Source of the DNA: Stegostoma tigrinum
Lineage: Eukaryota
Length of the DNA: 64,000 bases
Direction of reading: 5' to 3'
Assembly (NCBI RefSeq): GCF_030684315.1
Contig: NC_081379.1
Location: forward strand, 30,147,947 to 30,211,946
Shown: piece by piece, positions 24,401 through 38,215 of the stretch
Position numbering within the stretch: position 1 is the first letter of the stretch
Layout of the letters: each line of letters starts with the position of its first letter
Program-made: the position numbers and the translations under genes
The notes under the pieces: generated by a model
The model's input: only the letters and a program-made list of their open reading frames with translations
Database searches by the model: none
Told to the model about the DNA's origin: nothing

Positions 24401-27400
24401 TATTTTCTCTCAGTGAGCCACAAAATGTACATAGCAGTTCCAAGCTGCAAATAAGTCTCAATGCACCAAGATCAATTGAAACCATAGCACCTGACACTCT
24501 ACCTTTCTCCATGACAGCATAGCTGCTCTACAGTGTTCTCAAAATTGACCCTGCTTTAAGTATCCTATCTTTAAAATTCCCTATATGACCCTTTTGGAAG
24601 AAATGGAGTTTACAACCTTTTAGTGTTTACTAATGCTTGCAAATTAAGTTACCTCCACCTCCCAAAACAAATACATCTGTGTGGAATGCCATTATTACAA
24701 GGAATTTCATTTCTAAAGCTGAATAATCCCACCTGCTGTTTTAAGGCCCTATCTGTTCTATTGTGACTTTATGAAGCAAATGTGGGTCACCCTTTGAGCT
24801 GCCATTTCTTGATGTGATCTGGCAGTCTCGGAGTTCAGCATTTTAATTATCTTACACTTTCAGCTTTAGTCTTCCCAGAGCTAAATATTGCCTCTAAAAT
24901 ATTGACAAAAACTAGAAACTAGATATTCACAGCAACAATAAAGGTTGCTGTTTGAAAGAAGAAGGATTAGAGTCATGAACTTTTGATAATTGAATAGTAT
25001 TAGTCCTGTCCTCCCTAAGAAAATCCATTGTTCCATTGTTTTCCTTGCTTAGGTGGCGTTGCCATACCAGGAGAGGAGCAGGCCTTCTCATCATATCCTG
25101 GGACACTATTTTCTGCTGACGATTTCTACATCATGAGCAGTAGATTGGTGAGCAATATATTTTAAAATTATTTTGTGTTATTTCTTTAATGCCTCCATTG
25201 CAGCCAAGGTGGATTTAGATCTGCTTCCTTGCCTAACCATGGCGGATATCATACAATTGTCTTTCAGCAGAAAGTTCAGAATTTCTTTAAAGAACTTTAA
25301 ATACCAGCATATCATCTGTGGCATTTCTCATAAGGCAAAGGGAAGAGTGGTCCTTGTTAAGTCTCAGATTATCCTTTCATTTCCAGAAGAACCAGATCAC
25401 CTTACCGTTCACCCCATAAATCTTTTCTTGTTACTTGACCCGTCACCATTCATGTTTGTTCTCTTTTTTTTTCCACACCCTCTCATTCTCTCTGTCTCTC
25501 ATGAGCTCATTAATTACAGTTGGATTTCAGAGAATGTACACATTTCACTGCTGGTAGTAAAGACCAAAAATTGTGTTTATATTTTAGTTTAAATGTAGTT
25601 ATAAATCCCAAAGCATTTTGCCAGAGCATAACCAGAGAGCAATTCATACTGACCCAAGCATGGAGATATTAAGACAGGAGACTACAAGTTAGTTGAAGGA
25701 GATATGTTTTAAGGCATACTACAGAAATTGTTGAGAGGTGTGTAAGGTAATTCCAAAGTTTAGGGCCTTAGTAGATGATAGCATGAATACTGGGAGGTTG
25801 CATAAGAGACAGGAGTTAGAAGAATGCAGAATTTTCACAAGGCAAGATAATGGCACAGAAACAGGGAAGGCTGAAGCCATGTAAGCCATTTGAACAGGAG
25901 GGTGAGAAATTTTTAAATCCATGAGCTTGTAGGTCAGAATTCAGTGTAGCAGAAGTGAATTGAATTGGAAGTAGGCTGTCTTTGGAGTGGAAAGGAAATG
26001 AGTCATCCTGGGATCAAACAAGTCAATGAAGTTGTGAAAGTCTTTGATTCTGAGATAGCAGCGGTAAAAGGGATAGTGGTCTGAGCAGATTCAATGGCTA
26101 GCTCATTGATTTTTAATTTGAAAGCTCAAGGCAATGACATTTTTTTAAAGGGCTTTTTAAAAAAATGTTGGGTGATCCACAGCTCGCTGTTTAACAACTG
26201 AGGAAATGGAAGAGCTAACAGTTGGTGGTGAGGTGAAACTAGCTGCTTTCAAGATGCATGTTGAGCATGTCAACACAAAATGATGTGGGTGGGCAGCACG
26301 TGGAGAGAGGTAAGACAGTAATAACTCCTTAGGGAAGTCAAAAGATAATTTTGTCGGGAAGAAAGAGAAGCTATTGCAGGAGATTATCTGGCCACAACTG
26401 TCTATGTTGAAGTGGTGTTGAACATTGGTGACCTGGCAAAGTTGAACATAGGCAGAAAGGCACCTGGAAATTATAGCTGTTTGCATCAGGAGCAGACACC
26501 ATGTAGACAAGCCTTTCACAGTTGGGTTGTTTCATTATTACTGCGTGCTTGGGGTGTCAGCAAATTCCGTCATTTAAAAATGTTGTTTGGGGACGAAGTC
26601 TCATACACTTTGCAGTTCATTTACAGGATGTGTTTCTATTTGTATAAATTGTTGGAAAGCAGTTTTGATTATTTTACTGTGAGAAAATATTCCACTGAGA
26701 GGTGTGTAGAGATGTTGGTATAGAATTCTCATAGTTTCTGCATCATTAAAGAATATGATTTAGTGCAACTGTTGATAAAATATAATTAGAGAGAGAGGTA
26801 GCTTAGAACATCAATAATGAGAGAAGAAAGTGCTTCTATCGACAGTGTTCTGATGACAGCTGCAATTTTAAAATAGAGGTGCCGAATAATGAATATGATT
26901 CATCAAATATTGTATCGTTTTCATTTTTTTTTCCATTAGGTAGCTCTAGAAACCACATTAAGTAACAATAATGCACATTTGTGGAAGCTTGTGCAGCCCG
27001 TTGGTTCAGTGATGGAGTGGTTAAGGAACATAGTAGCTAATCGACTGGCTAAGAGCGGTGCGGAATGGGCTGCAATTTTTAGAAAGTTCAACAGTGGCAC
27101 GTAAGTGCTATTAATTTCAGTTGCCTTGTATTGTACAACACTTTATTTAAAAATTCATTAAGGAATTTGAGTGAGCTGGTAAGGCCAGTATTTCTTGTCT
27201 GTTGTTAATTATGTTTGGGAAGATAGTAGTGACTTCACCTTAAACTGCTGAAACCTGTGCTGTTAGATAATGAGTTTCAGAATTCTGACCCAGAGACGAA
27301 GAAGGAATGGCACTATATTTCCAGTCAAGATAACCTATAATTTCAGGGAGATGGTTTCTCAATGTACTCATTGTTCTTCTGTTCAAGTTCACGGGTTTTG

Positions 27401-30400
27401 GCAGTCACCTAAGTGCTTTTCCACAGTACACTTTGCAGACACTGTAGCCACAATGCACCTGTGTTGGAATGAATGAAAGTTTAACATAGTAGAAATGGTG
27501 CTGGTCAAGCATGCTGTTTTGTCCTATGTTTTAAGCTTCTCAAGTATTGCTTGAGCTGCACTCATTGAGGTTTTCATATCTGTCATGGAATGTACGCTTT
27601 GCTGTCAAATTTTGCTGATCTTTAATTATCCTTAAGGTGATTTGGGATCAGAAAATTAAATTTGTTGCAATAAGGGATGAATTTTATTGACTTTTTCGCT
27701 GCAAAAGTTAGAGTTGGTGTGTAAATAGCTTAAAACAAATCAGCTATAAACCTCTTTTAGGTTACAAGTGTGAAACAGAGGTACAATAACACTTGAGAAT
27801 TAATGGCCTCAACTGACCAGTTTATTTAAAAAAATGACATTTTTCAGTTTTCTTCACATATTGACAATCTGAGTGCCACTCCAAGATTAGGCCTGCATTT
27901 ATGCATATAAGCGTGCAAGTCCTGAGTTTATGTGGCTTGACCAGAGAGCACAGCACTGTATCAGTGTCATGTACCATAAGATTTTGACTCCAGGTGTCTT
28001 TTTTGCAAAAACAGATCTCAAAACAGTCCTTACAATTTAATAAGTATTAAAAATTGGTTTAATTTTACTCTGATTTGCAGACTAAGGTTTCCAAAATATG
28101 AGTCCAGTGCTAAGTATATATGTCAAGATACCCATAACCAATGACTCATGACTTTAAAATATTTGTTGTTTAAATATAAGCACATATCAGTAAGTTTCAT
28201 ACTTGTTACATCAAGGATCTACTTCTAAAGGCATTCAATTTTCCCTTGTCTTTTAATAAATTATTCACATCTGAAAAGATTACATTTAAATGTATTGAAA
28301 GTTGTTTTTAACTCTACAGTGACATAAGTACAACAAATATTAAAGCAAATATTAAAAATATTAAATTAAATATTAGTTTGTATTTCTGTCATGAAACTTC
28401 TAAATGTGCAGTTTGAGTTTTTGTTCGGAGAACACTTTTGAATTTTATTCACATCATTCTTGCTACTTCATTAATTTCCACAACATCAAGACTGAAGCCT
28501 CATGAGAATATGTTCAGTACTGACTAGGGTAACCAAATTGGAAAAATAAAACCCACGGTCTGTCAAGCCAGTTTTCACTATGGAATCTGATTTCTCCAAT
28601 ATCACCATCAGCTGAGATCATAATGACAGGAGAGATCGGAAAGACTACGGACTGCTCTTAGATTAGGGCAGTTTAAGATCATGAGGATTTTGGTAGATAA
28701 CTTTTCTTTCCCCCACCTCTGTCGAGTGGGTTAATTACTAGAGGTAGCACATTGGTAAAAGATCTGAATGGGACATCAGGGAGATGTTTTCACTAACAAG
28801 TTAGGTTCTGAAATATTATACCTGAAAAGGTGGTGGGAACTGGTTCTATAAATAATTTTGAAAGGAAATTAGAAATGAAGTTGAGGATGAAGAACTTGTA
28901 AGATATGTAGAAAGGCATGACTGCTTTTTCAGAGCCAGCTCAGGCATAATTGGCCAGATGGTGGCCTCATGTTTCTTTGATTCGATGTGACAGATCGCCC
29001 ATTTGAGCCTTCAAATTCTCTCTAACTTTTGTAAGCTAATAATAACTTGGATATTTGTTTCTTGGTCTACTTTAATGCTTACTCACTGCTTCAATGGACA
29101 CTAAAAATAATGTATTGGATGTTGGAGATTGTTAATGATGATATGTTAAAACAGCTTTTATTTTCTTTTACAGATACAATAATCAGTGGATGATTGTGGA
29201 CTATAACTACTTTATACCGGGACAAATGGATATTAAGAAGAACTTGCTGACAATTCTAGAACAAATACCGTAAGTATGAATGAGAATAACTATGACTGAT
29301 AAATTTATCTTCCAGATAATCTTTGGACAAGTTTCCTTTGCAATGTGTGCTTTCAGCATTTACTACTCTAGTTTTTTGGAAATGAAGTAAAATAAATTTG
29401 TATCTTAGTTTGTTGCTAAGTTGGCTGTATAGCTAGATGCAGATTGTTGATTATATTCTACAGATTGCTACTGTGCATGTTTTGCTATTGTATTTCATGA
29501 TTTGTCATGGTTCTTTGTTCTGTGCAATTTCAGTGGGCAAATAATAACAGCTGATAAAACAAATGAACTGATGCAGAAGGGTTACTGGGCAAGTTACAAT
29601 GTACCGTAAGTGTAAGATTTGATGGATTTTGTGAGCTAATGTTTGTATTTTTATGTTTAATTCTAGATTAGTTAAATTCAAAGTATTACTTTGGTAAAAT
29701 TCCTGTATGGACTACTGAGAAAAACAAACATGCTCTTCCATTGTTTTCATTTGATTCTTATACTCCATTATCATATTTGCGCCTTTCTTCCTCCCATCCC
29801 CTCCAAAATAACGATGCGATTGAACCCACTCAGCACATTAGGTTTAGCCATTTCATAAACGATGTGAGGTGTTGGCTAAAATGAGTACTCCCTGGAAATT
29901 TAACCTTGAGGAAATGTAATATATAAGTAATTCCACAAATATTTGAGCAAATATTCAGAATATTTGTTTATTTGTACATTTCTACTTGATATACTACCTG
30001 TGCAAACATTGCAGTTCTTTCTTGTGTTCTGCGGTATGTTTCATTATCTCCATCTTTACCGTTTTTGCAATAATTCCTACCATAGCCCCTGCAATGCACA
30101 TAGCATTATAAACTGTGCTGTTGTTTATTATCTCAACCTGTACCATTTTTAGAACATTGCTTTTCTCAGTCTAATGGGGAGGTGATGACTTAGTGTGGTA
30201 TTATCGCTGGACTATTAATCCAGAGACTCAGGTAATGTTCTGGGTTTGAATCCCGCCATGGCAGATGGTAGAATTTGAATTCAATAAAAATATCTGGAAT
30301 TAGGAGTTTAATGATGGCTATGAAGACATTTCTGATTGTCGAAAAATACCCATCTGGTTCACTAATGTCCTTTAGGGAAGGAAACTACCATCCTTACCTG

Positions 30401-33400
30401 GAGTGGCCTACATGTAACTCCGGACCCACAGCAATGTGGTTGACTCTGAACTGCCCTCTGGGCAATTGGAGATAGGCAATGAATGCTGCCAAGCCAGCAA
30501 CACCCTCATTATCCCATTAATGAAATGAATGAAGATCACTCTCACCTCACCTCTAGAAGTCAGCTCATTTGTCCATGTTTTAACCAAGGCTATAATGAGG
30601 TCGGAACCTGAGTCGCCCTGATGAAACCAAACCTGAGCAGGTATTGCGGAGCAAGTGCTACTTGATAGCACTGATGACGATACCTTCCATCACTTTACTG
30701 ACAAGTGAGAGTAGACTAATGGGGCAGTAATTGGCTGGGGTGGATTTGTCCTGTTTTATGTGTTCAGGACATACCTGGGCAATTTTCCACATTGATGGGT
30801 AGATACCAGTGTTGTAACTAAACTGAAAGACCTCAAATATGGAAGCTACAGTTCTGGAGCACAAGTCTTCAGTACTATTGCCAAAATGTTGTCAGGGCTT
30901 TGCATTATCCAGTGTCTCCAACTGTTTCTTGATATCACATGCAGTGAACACCACGAGGCCATCACCTCCCCACATCTCTGACTTGACCCATGAATACTGA
31001 CTCAAGAGATTGCCATCACTGAGCAATAGCTGGCATCCTAGATAACGACATAAGTTCACTAAATTGGTGAAAATCTGATTTTTATTTCCTTATTCATTAA
31101 CGGGATGAGGGTGTCACTGACCAGGTAGCATTTATTGCCTAGTCCTAATTCTTAACATTTTACTGAATTCAAATTGCACCATCTGCTGTGGCAGGATTCA
31201 AACCCGGGTCCCCAGAACGTTATATGGTCTCTGGATTAACAATCCAACAATAATACCATTAGACCATTTGCAACTCCTCAGATACTGAAACAGTCCTTGT
31301 TCAACTGCAGCAAGATTTGGACAATATCCAGGCTTAGGCTGACGAGTGGCAAGTAACATTGGCGCCACACAAATTACAGGCAATGACCCTCACCAATAAG
31401 AGACAAGCTAACCACCAGCCCTTTACATTCAATGATGTTACTATCACTGAATCCCCCACTATCACATATGCTTATAGTTACCGCTGAACTGGATTTGCCA
31501 CAAATTCAGTGGCTACAGGAGCAGGTCGGAGGCTAGGAAAACTGCGGCAAGTATCTCACTCCCGACTCTCCAAAGTCTGTCGACCATCTACAAGGCACAA
31601 GTCAGGAGTGTGATGGAACATTCCCCACTTGCCCGGATGTGTCTAATTCTAACAACACTCAAGAAGCTTGGCACCATCCAGGACAAAGCAGCCCTTTTGA
31701 TTAGTGCCACATCCACAAGCATCCAGTCTCTCCACCACTGACACTCAGAAGCAGCAGTGTGTACTATCTACAAGATGCACTGCAGAAATTCGCCAAAGAT
31801 CCGCAGACAGCACCTTTCAAACCCACGAACACTTAGATCTAGAAGGTCAGGGGCTGCAGATACTTGGTAAAACCATCACCTGCAAGTTCCCCTCTAAGCT
31901 ACTCACCAACCTGACTTGGAAATGTATCACCATTCCTTCACAATCACTGGGTCAGAATCCAGGAATTCCATCCATAAAGGCATTGTGGGCTGCAGTGGTT
32001 AAAGAAGTCAGCTCACCACCACCTTCTCAAGCACAAATAAGGAGGAGCAATAAATGCTGGCCAGCCAGCAGTGCCCACATCCCAAAAAAACATATAATCC
32101 AGGTGGGCACTTCAATGTGCTACTCAGGATATGCAGTCATTCAGGATAATATAAAAGTTCAAGGTTGTTTCCCTGACTCTCTGTTTTGTTGCCCACTTTT
32201 TATGTCTGTCCTGTCCATTTAGTCACCTTTGACATGTACAAAGGCTAGAAACCGTTCTGCTTATATCATATCCTGACTGATCCTAATTATCATACGGTTT
32301 TACCTCAACCTAACCCATCTTTTACAAATTGATATAACCATGGATAAAAGTAACGTTTTGTCTCTTTGCCTGCCATATGTTTATTTTTCTACATCTCTCC
32401 CAGAACTGAATGACAAATAACAAATGGAGTAGTGTGGAGCTGGAGGAGCACAGCAAGCCAGGCAGCATCAGAGGGGCAGGAAAGTTGACATTTCGGGTCA
32501 GGACCCTTCTTTGGATTTCTGAAGGGTTCTGACCCGAAACGTCAACTTTCTTGCCCCTCTGCTGCCTGGCCTGCTGTGCTCCTCCAGCTCCATGCTGTGT
32601 TATCTCTGACTCCAGCATCAGCAGTTCTTACTATCTCATAATTGGAGTAGTGCTGTCTGATTTTGTTGTAGCAATTTGAGTAAACAACGTTACATACGTT
32701 CATGTGTATGCTGTATATACTCGTGCAAAAGTCAAATTTTTACACTTTTTTTAAGGTTAGTTTTATGAGGTCAAATATTGCATGTTGACTACTTTTGAGG
32801 GGCTGAAATTCATGCTACTGTCCAGAATACTGTATCATTAGCAGAAGCCCAATTGATCTCTAAATGAATAAAGAATAAAACACAATGAATTACATTAATT
32901 ACTGGATAAAGTTTTTAAAAAATTAGAAAGTAAAGATTTTAATCATATATGCAAAAAGTAAAATTAGAATATGGCTTTAAATTACAATTACATTGTACAT
33001 CTTAAATTAAACAAATCAAAATAGTTAACTTATTAAAATTAGCCCTCCTGCCAATTTCTAATTATAAACTGGTGAAAATGTAATATCTTCCAGTTAGGCA
33101 GGCAGCTTTTGTGCAAATGTTATGAATCTTGTGCATCATCTTGACTTAAAATCTGAAATTCCATCCTTCTTTGATTTGTTCCTGCATGGATTCGGATGGC
33201 TTCATGACTAACACATATTCCAATTTGACGATTTTCAAGTACCCACTCAGAAACTATTTTTTTCGATTGTGGACACTTACTAGGTTTACTTCTTTTGGCA
33301 TACTTTCGTTTTGGCATTCTGTGAAGTTGGTTCAATACCTTTCTCCAGTCTCTCCAAAATACACAATTCTCTTGCTGCTACGCAGTTATTTATCTTTTCT

Positions 33401-36400
33401 GCAACTTCAGTAACTTCCAGTTTAAAGGCTGCTGCATACTTTTTGTTTTTTTCTACGGGGCATTTTTACACAAAATGAAGAAATTTCAAAACCTCAACTG
33501 GGTATATGACTGTATTCCACAAGTGCCACAGGAGAACTGAGCTCAGCTGAGCTGCACATAAGGGGAGGCTGTCACCTGACTCTGACCTGATGCATCTTAA
33601 ATTTTTGTGCCAAATTGGTGTGAATTGTACATCAGAGCACATAGCATGAGAAGAGAAATTATTTCCTCATTGTAACATTTAGGGTCTGGATCATCCTTTG
33701 GCTCACAAATGTTGATCTGTTATCTGTGAAGAACTAGGAGCCAGCTTTTACAAGATATGAAAAATTCCAGATTTTTTGGCCAAAAATAGGTGTTGGCTTT
33801 TACACAAGATCGACTTTTACTCAAATATATACAGAATGTGTAATTGGTTGAAATATTCACATCACTAATGTTCTTGTCACAATTATTTGTATTCACATAC
33901 CCAGGTTATATTTGCACTGGCGTTTTACATCAGTAGGAATTTTCTTAATGGCCTATGATTGACTGAGATATTCCATGATACAAGTTGGCACTGTATTGGT
34001 GCATCACTTCAGAGTGCTAGAATAATAGCTAATACAAACAGATTCCTCATTACCCGGAATTTGTTTCTTTGCCCACATTGGTTTGAATTTTGCCCTTACT
34101 GGGGAACACTACTGCAGGCTGAATCGGCTTGGATTGTTTTATTTAGAACAGAGAATGCTAAGCAGACCTGATTGAAGTATATAAGATTGTGAGGGGATGG
34201 GGGGTATGCACAGGGTGGATAGAAAGCAACTGTTCCCCTCAGTTGAAAGATCAGTAATGAGGGAACATAATTTTAAGTTGAAGGGCAGGAGATTTTGAGG
34301 GGATTTGAGGAAACACTTTTTCACATAGGATGATGAGAATCTGGAATGCAGTGCCTGGTAAGGTCGTAGAGGCAGGAAACCTCAACTTTTAAAATGTGCA
34401 TGGATGAGCACTCGACACGTCATAACATTCAAGGCTATGGGCCAAGTAATGGAAAGTTGGGGAAATCAAAGGAAATGTTGCCCCTGGTTCATTGGTGCTC
34501 TGAATTGACCAGAACAATGACAGAGAAATTAAGATACTTATCTGCCTGTGTGCTGCAATGCTAAGTGACCTAGGAAGACCCATAGGAGCAGAAAAGTGGG
34601 TAACATTCTATAAGTAAATATTTTTACTGAACGAAATTGAAGTTTTTATTTTTGATAACTACTATTCATACTTTTTTAAACCTTCCATTTCTGTAGATAT
34701 TTTGAAGAGATTTTTAATGCCAGTGGTAAAACAGCCCTCGTTGAGGAATTTGGAGACTGGTTCAGTTACGATAAGACTCCTCGAGCCCTGATATTCCGTC
34801 GAAATCAGACTTTAGTTACAGACATGAATTCAATGATTAAATTAATGAGGTACATGGAGCTACATCAGTCAGGATAAAGGTTCCACATTGTGTTGATCTT
34901 TTAAACTAGTAAACATGGTGAGGCTCAGCTAAATTGTAGGACATTACACTAACATAAAGGATTTGGATAAACCTCAGAGTATATTGATTTTTAAATTCTG
35001 TTATTTGCCTGAAACAGAGTCCTAACTAACAAGTGAGTACTTTTTTGTGCATTTTAAGAAATCAGACAAGATGATCCCATTTGAATTACTAGATTCTATT
35101 TTAGAATAAAATAATGAGATCACCTCTTGAAAAGACACGATTTATGTTAATAGCCCTGGTCTGAAATAAGCTTTTACAAGCAAAACGTATATCAAATTTA
35201 TCTTGGATTTATTCACAATATTATGTACATTTTACTGTGAAAATATGTACTGATGCTATTAAGCTCATGAGGTTTTAAAATACGTTCTATTAATTTCCAT
35301 TAGTCAGCACCCTCATTGTGTTTATTATCGTACAAAAATATGCTCAAATATTGGACTTATTAGCTAACATAAAATTCAGAGCTTATTTTAATGCCAGACA
35401 CACACAACTCTTTAGTTTCTTGAATTTGAGCACCATGTGTTCAGATAAAGGTGTCAACTGGGAGCTGATTGAAATGACTAATTTTATAACATTTACAAGC
35501 CAAACGATTAAGACTCAGAAAGAGGTGACATTTTCCTTTCGTGGATTGGAACTGCCACATCAAATTAATTATTTGTGAGAGAAATCAAAACTACCAGCCA
35601 TAGTTATAAACTGGTTGATAATAAATCCAATTGGTGTTCAGGAAATACTACTTTACGTATTGTGATTAGCAGGTGGAACTTAGTCCCAAATGAAATGACT
35701 GAGGCAAATACCATAGCTGTACTCAAAAGAAATAATAATTATGCAAGGGTAAATGGAATCAAAGGTTGTGCTAATTAGATCGAGTAAAGTGAGAAGAACA
35801 CCATGTGGACCATAAATACTGGCAATGACCAGTTTGACCGAATAGTCTGTTTCATAGAACATAGAACATTACAGCACAGTACAGGCCCTTTGTCCCTCGA
35901 TGTTGTGCCGACCTGCCATACCAATCTGAAGCCCATCTAACCTACACTATTCCATGTACATCCATATGCTTGTCCAATGCCGACTTAAATGTACTTAAAG
36001 TTGGCGAATCTACTACAGTTGCAGGCAAAGCGTTCCATATCTTACTACTCTCTGAGTAAAGAAACTACCTCTGACATCTGTCCTATATCTTTCACCCCTC
36101 ATTTTAAAGGTATGCCCCCTCGTGCTCGCCATCACCATCCTAGGAAAAAGGCTATCCCTATCCACCCTATCTAAGCCACTGATTATCTTATATGTCTCAA
36201 GTCACCTCTCAACCTTCTCTCTAACGAAAACAGCCTCAAGTCCCTCAGCCTTTCCTCGTAAGACCTTCCCTCCATACCAGGCAACATCCTAGTAAATCTC
36301 CTCTGCATCCTTTCCAAAGCTTCCACATCCTTCTTATAATGCGGTGACCAGAACTGTACGCAATACTCCAAGTGCGGCCGCACCAGAGTTTTGTACAGCT

Positions 36401-38184
36401 TCACCATAACCTCTTGGTTCCGGAACTCGATCCCTCTATTAATAAAAGCTAAAATACTGTATGCCTTCTTAACAGCCCTGTCAACCTGGGTTGCAACTTG
36501 CAAGGATCTGTGTACATGGACACCGAGATCTCTCTGCTCATCTACACTACCAAGAATCTTACCATTAGCCCAGTGCTTTGCATTCCGGTTTCTCCTACCA
36601 AAGTGCATTACCTCACACTTGTCTGCATTAAACTCCATTTGCCATCTCTCAGCCCAGCTCTGCAGCTTATCTATATCTCTCTGTAACCTACAACATCCTT
36701 CGTCACTATCCACAACTCCACCGACCTCAGTGTCATCTGCAAATTTACTAACCCATCCTTCTACGCCCTCATCCAGGTCATTTATAAAAATGACAAAGAG
36801 CAGTGGACCCAACACCGACCCTTGCAGTACACCAATAGTAACTGGACTCCAGGATGAACATTTCCCATCAACCACCACCCTCTGTCTTCTTTCAGCAAGC
36901 CAATTTCTGATCCAAACTGCTATATCTCCCACAATCCCATTCCTCCGCATTTTGTACAATAGCCTACTGTGGGAAACCTTATCGAAAGCCTTGCTGAAAT
37001 CCACATACACCACATCAACCGATTTACTCTCATCTACCTGTTTGGTCACCTTTTCAAAGAACTCAATAAGGTTTGTGAGGCACGACCTACCCTTCACAAA
37101 ACCGTGCTGACTATCCCTAATCAAATTATTCTTTTCTAGATGATTATAAATCCTATCTCTTATCACCTTTTCCAACACTTTACTAACAACTGAAGTAAGG
37201 CTCACTGGTCTATAATTACCAGGGTTGACTCTACTCCCCTTCTTGAACAGGGGAACCACATTTGCTATCCTCCCATCTTCTGGCACTATTCCTGTAGACA
37301 ATGACGAGTTAAAGATCAATGCCAAAGGCTCGGCAATCTCCTCCCTGGCTTCCCAGAGGATCCTAGGATAAATCCCATCCGGCCCAGGGGACTTATCTAT
37401 TTTCACACTCTGTAGGATTTCTAATACCTCTTCCTTATGAACCTCAATCCCACCTAGTCTAGTAGCTTGTATCTCAGTATTCTCCTCGACAACATTGTCG
37501 TTTTCTAGAGTGAATACTGTCGAAAAATAGTCATTTAGTGCTTCCCCTATCTCCTCTGACTCCACACACAACTTCCCACTATTATCCTTGATTGTCCCTA
37601 ATCTTACTCCCGTCATTCTTTTATTCCTTAAATACCTACAGAAAGCCTTGGGGTTTACCCTGAACCTATCCGCCAACAACTTCTCATGTCTGCTTCTGGC
37701 TCTTCTGAGCTCTTTCTTTAGGTCTTTCCTGGCTACCTTGTAACCCTCAAGCGCCCTATTTGAGTCTTCACATCTCATCATAACATAAGCCTTCTTCTTC
37801 CTCTTGACCAGAGATTCCACTTCCTTCGTAAACCACCGCTCCAGTGCTCTACAGCTTCCTCCCTGACTGACAGGTACATACTTATCTAGGACACACAGGA
37901 GCTTTTCCTTGAATAAGCTCCACATTTCTAATGTGCACATCCCCTGCAATTGCCTCCCCCATCCCATGTTCCCTAAATCTTGCCTAATCTCATCGTAATT
38001 GCCTTTCCCCCAGCTATAACTCTTGCCCAGTGGTATATACCTATCCCTTTCCATCATTAAAGTAAACATAACAGAATTGTGATCGCTATCACCAAAGTGG
38101 TCACCTACTTCCAAATCTAACACCTGGCCGGGCTCATTACCCAGTACCAAATTTAATGTTGGCCTGTCTACATAGTCATTTAGT

Positions 38185-38215
<31 letters not shown>

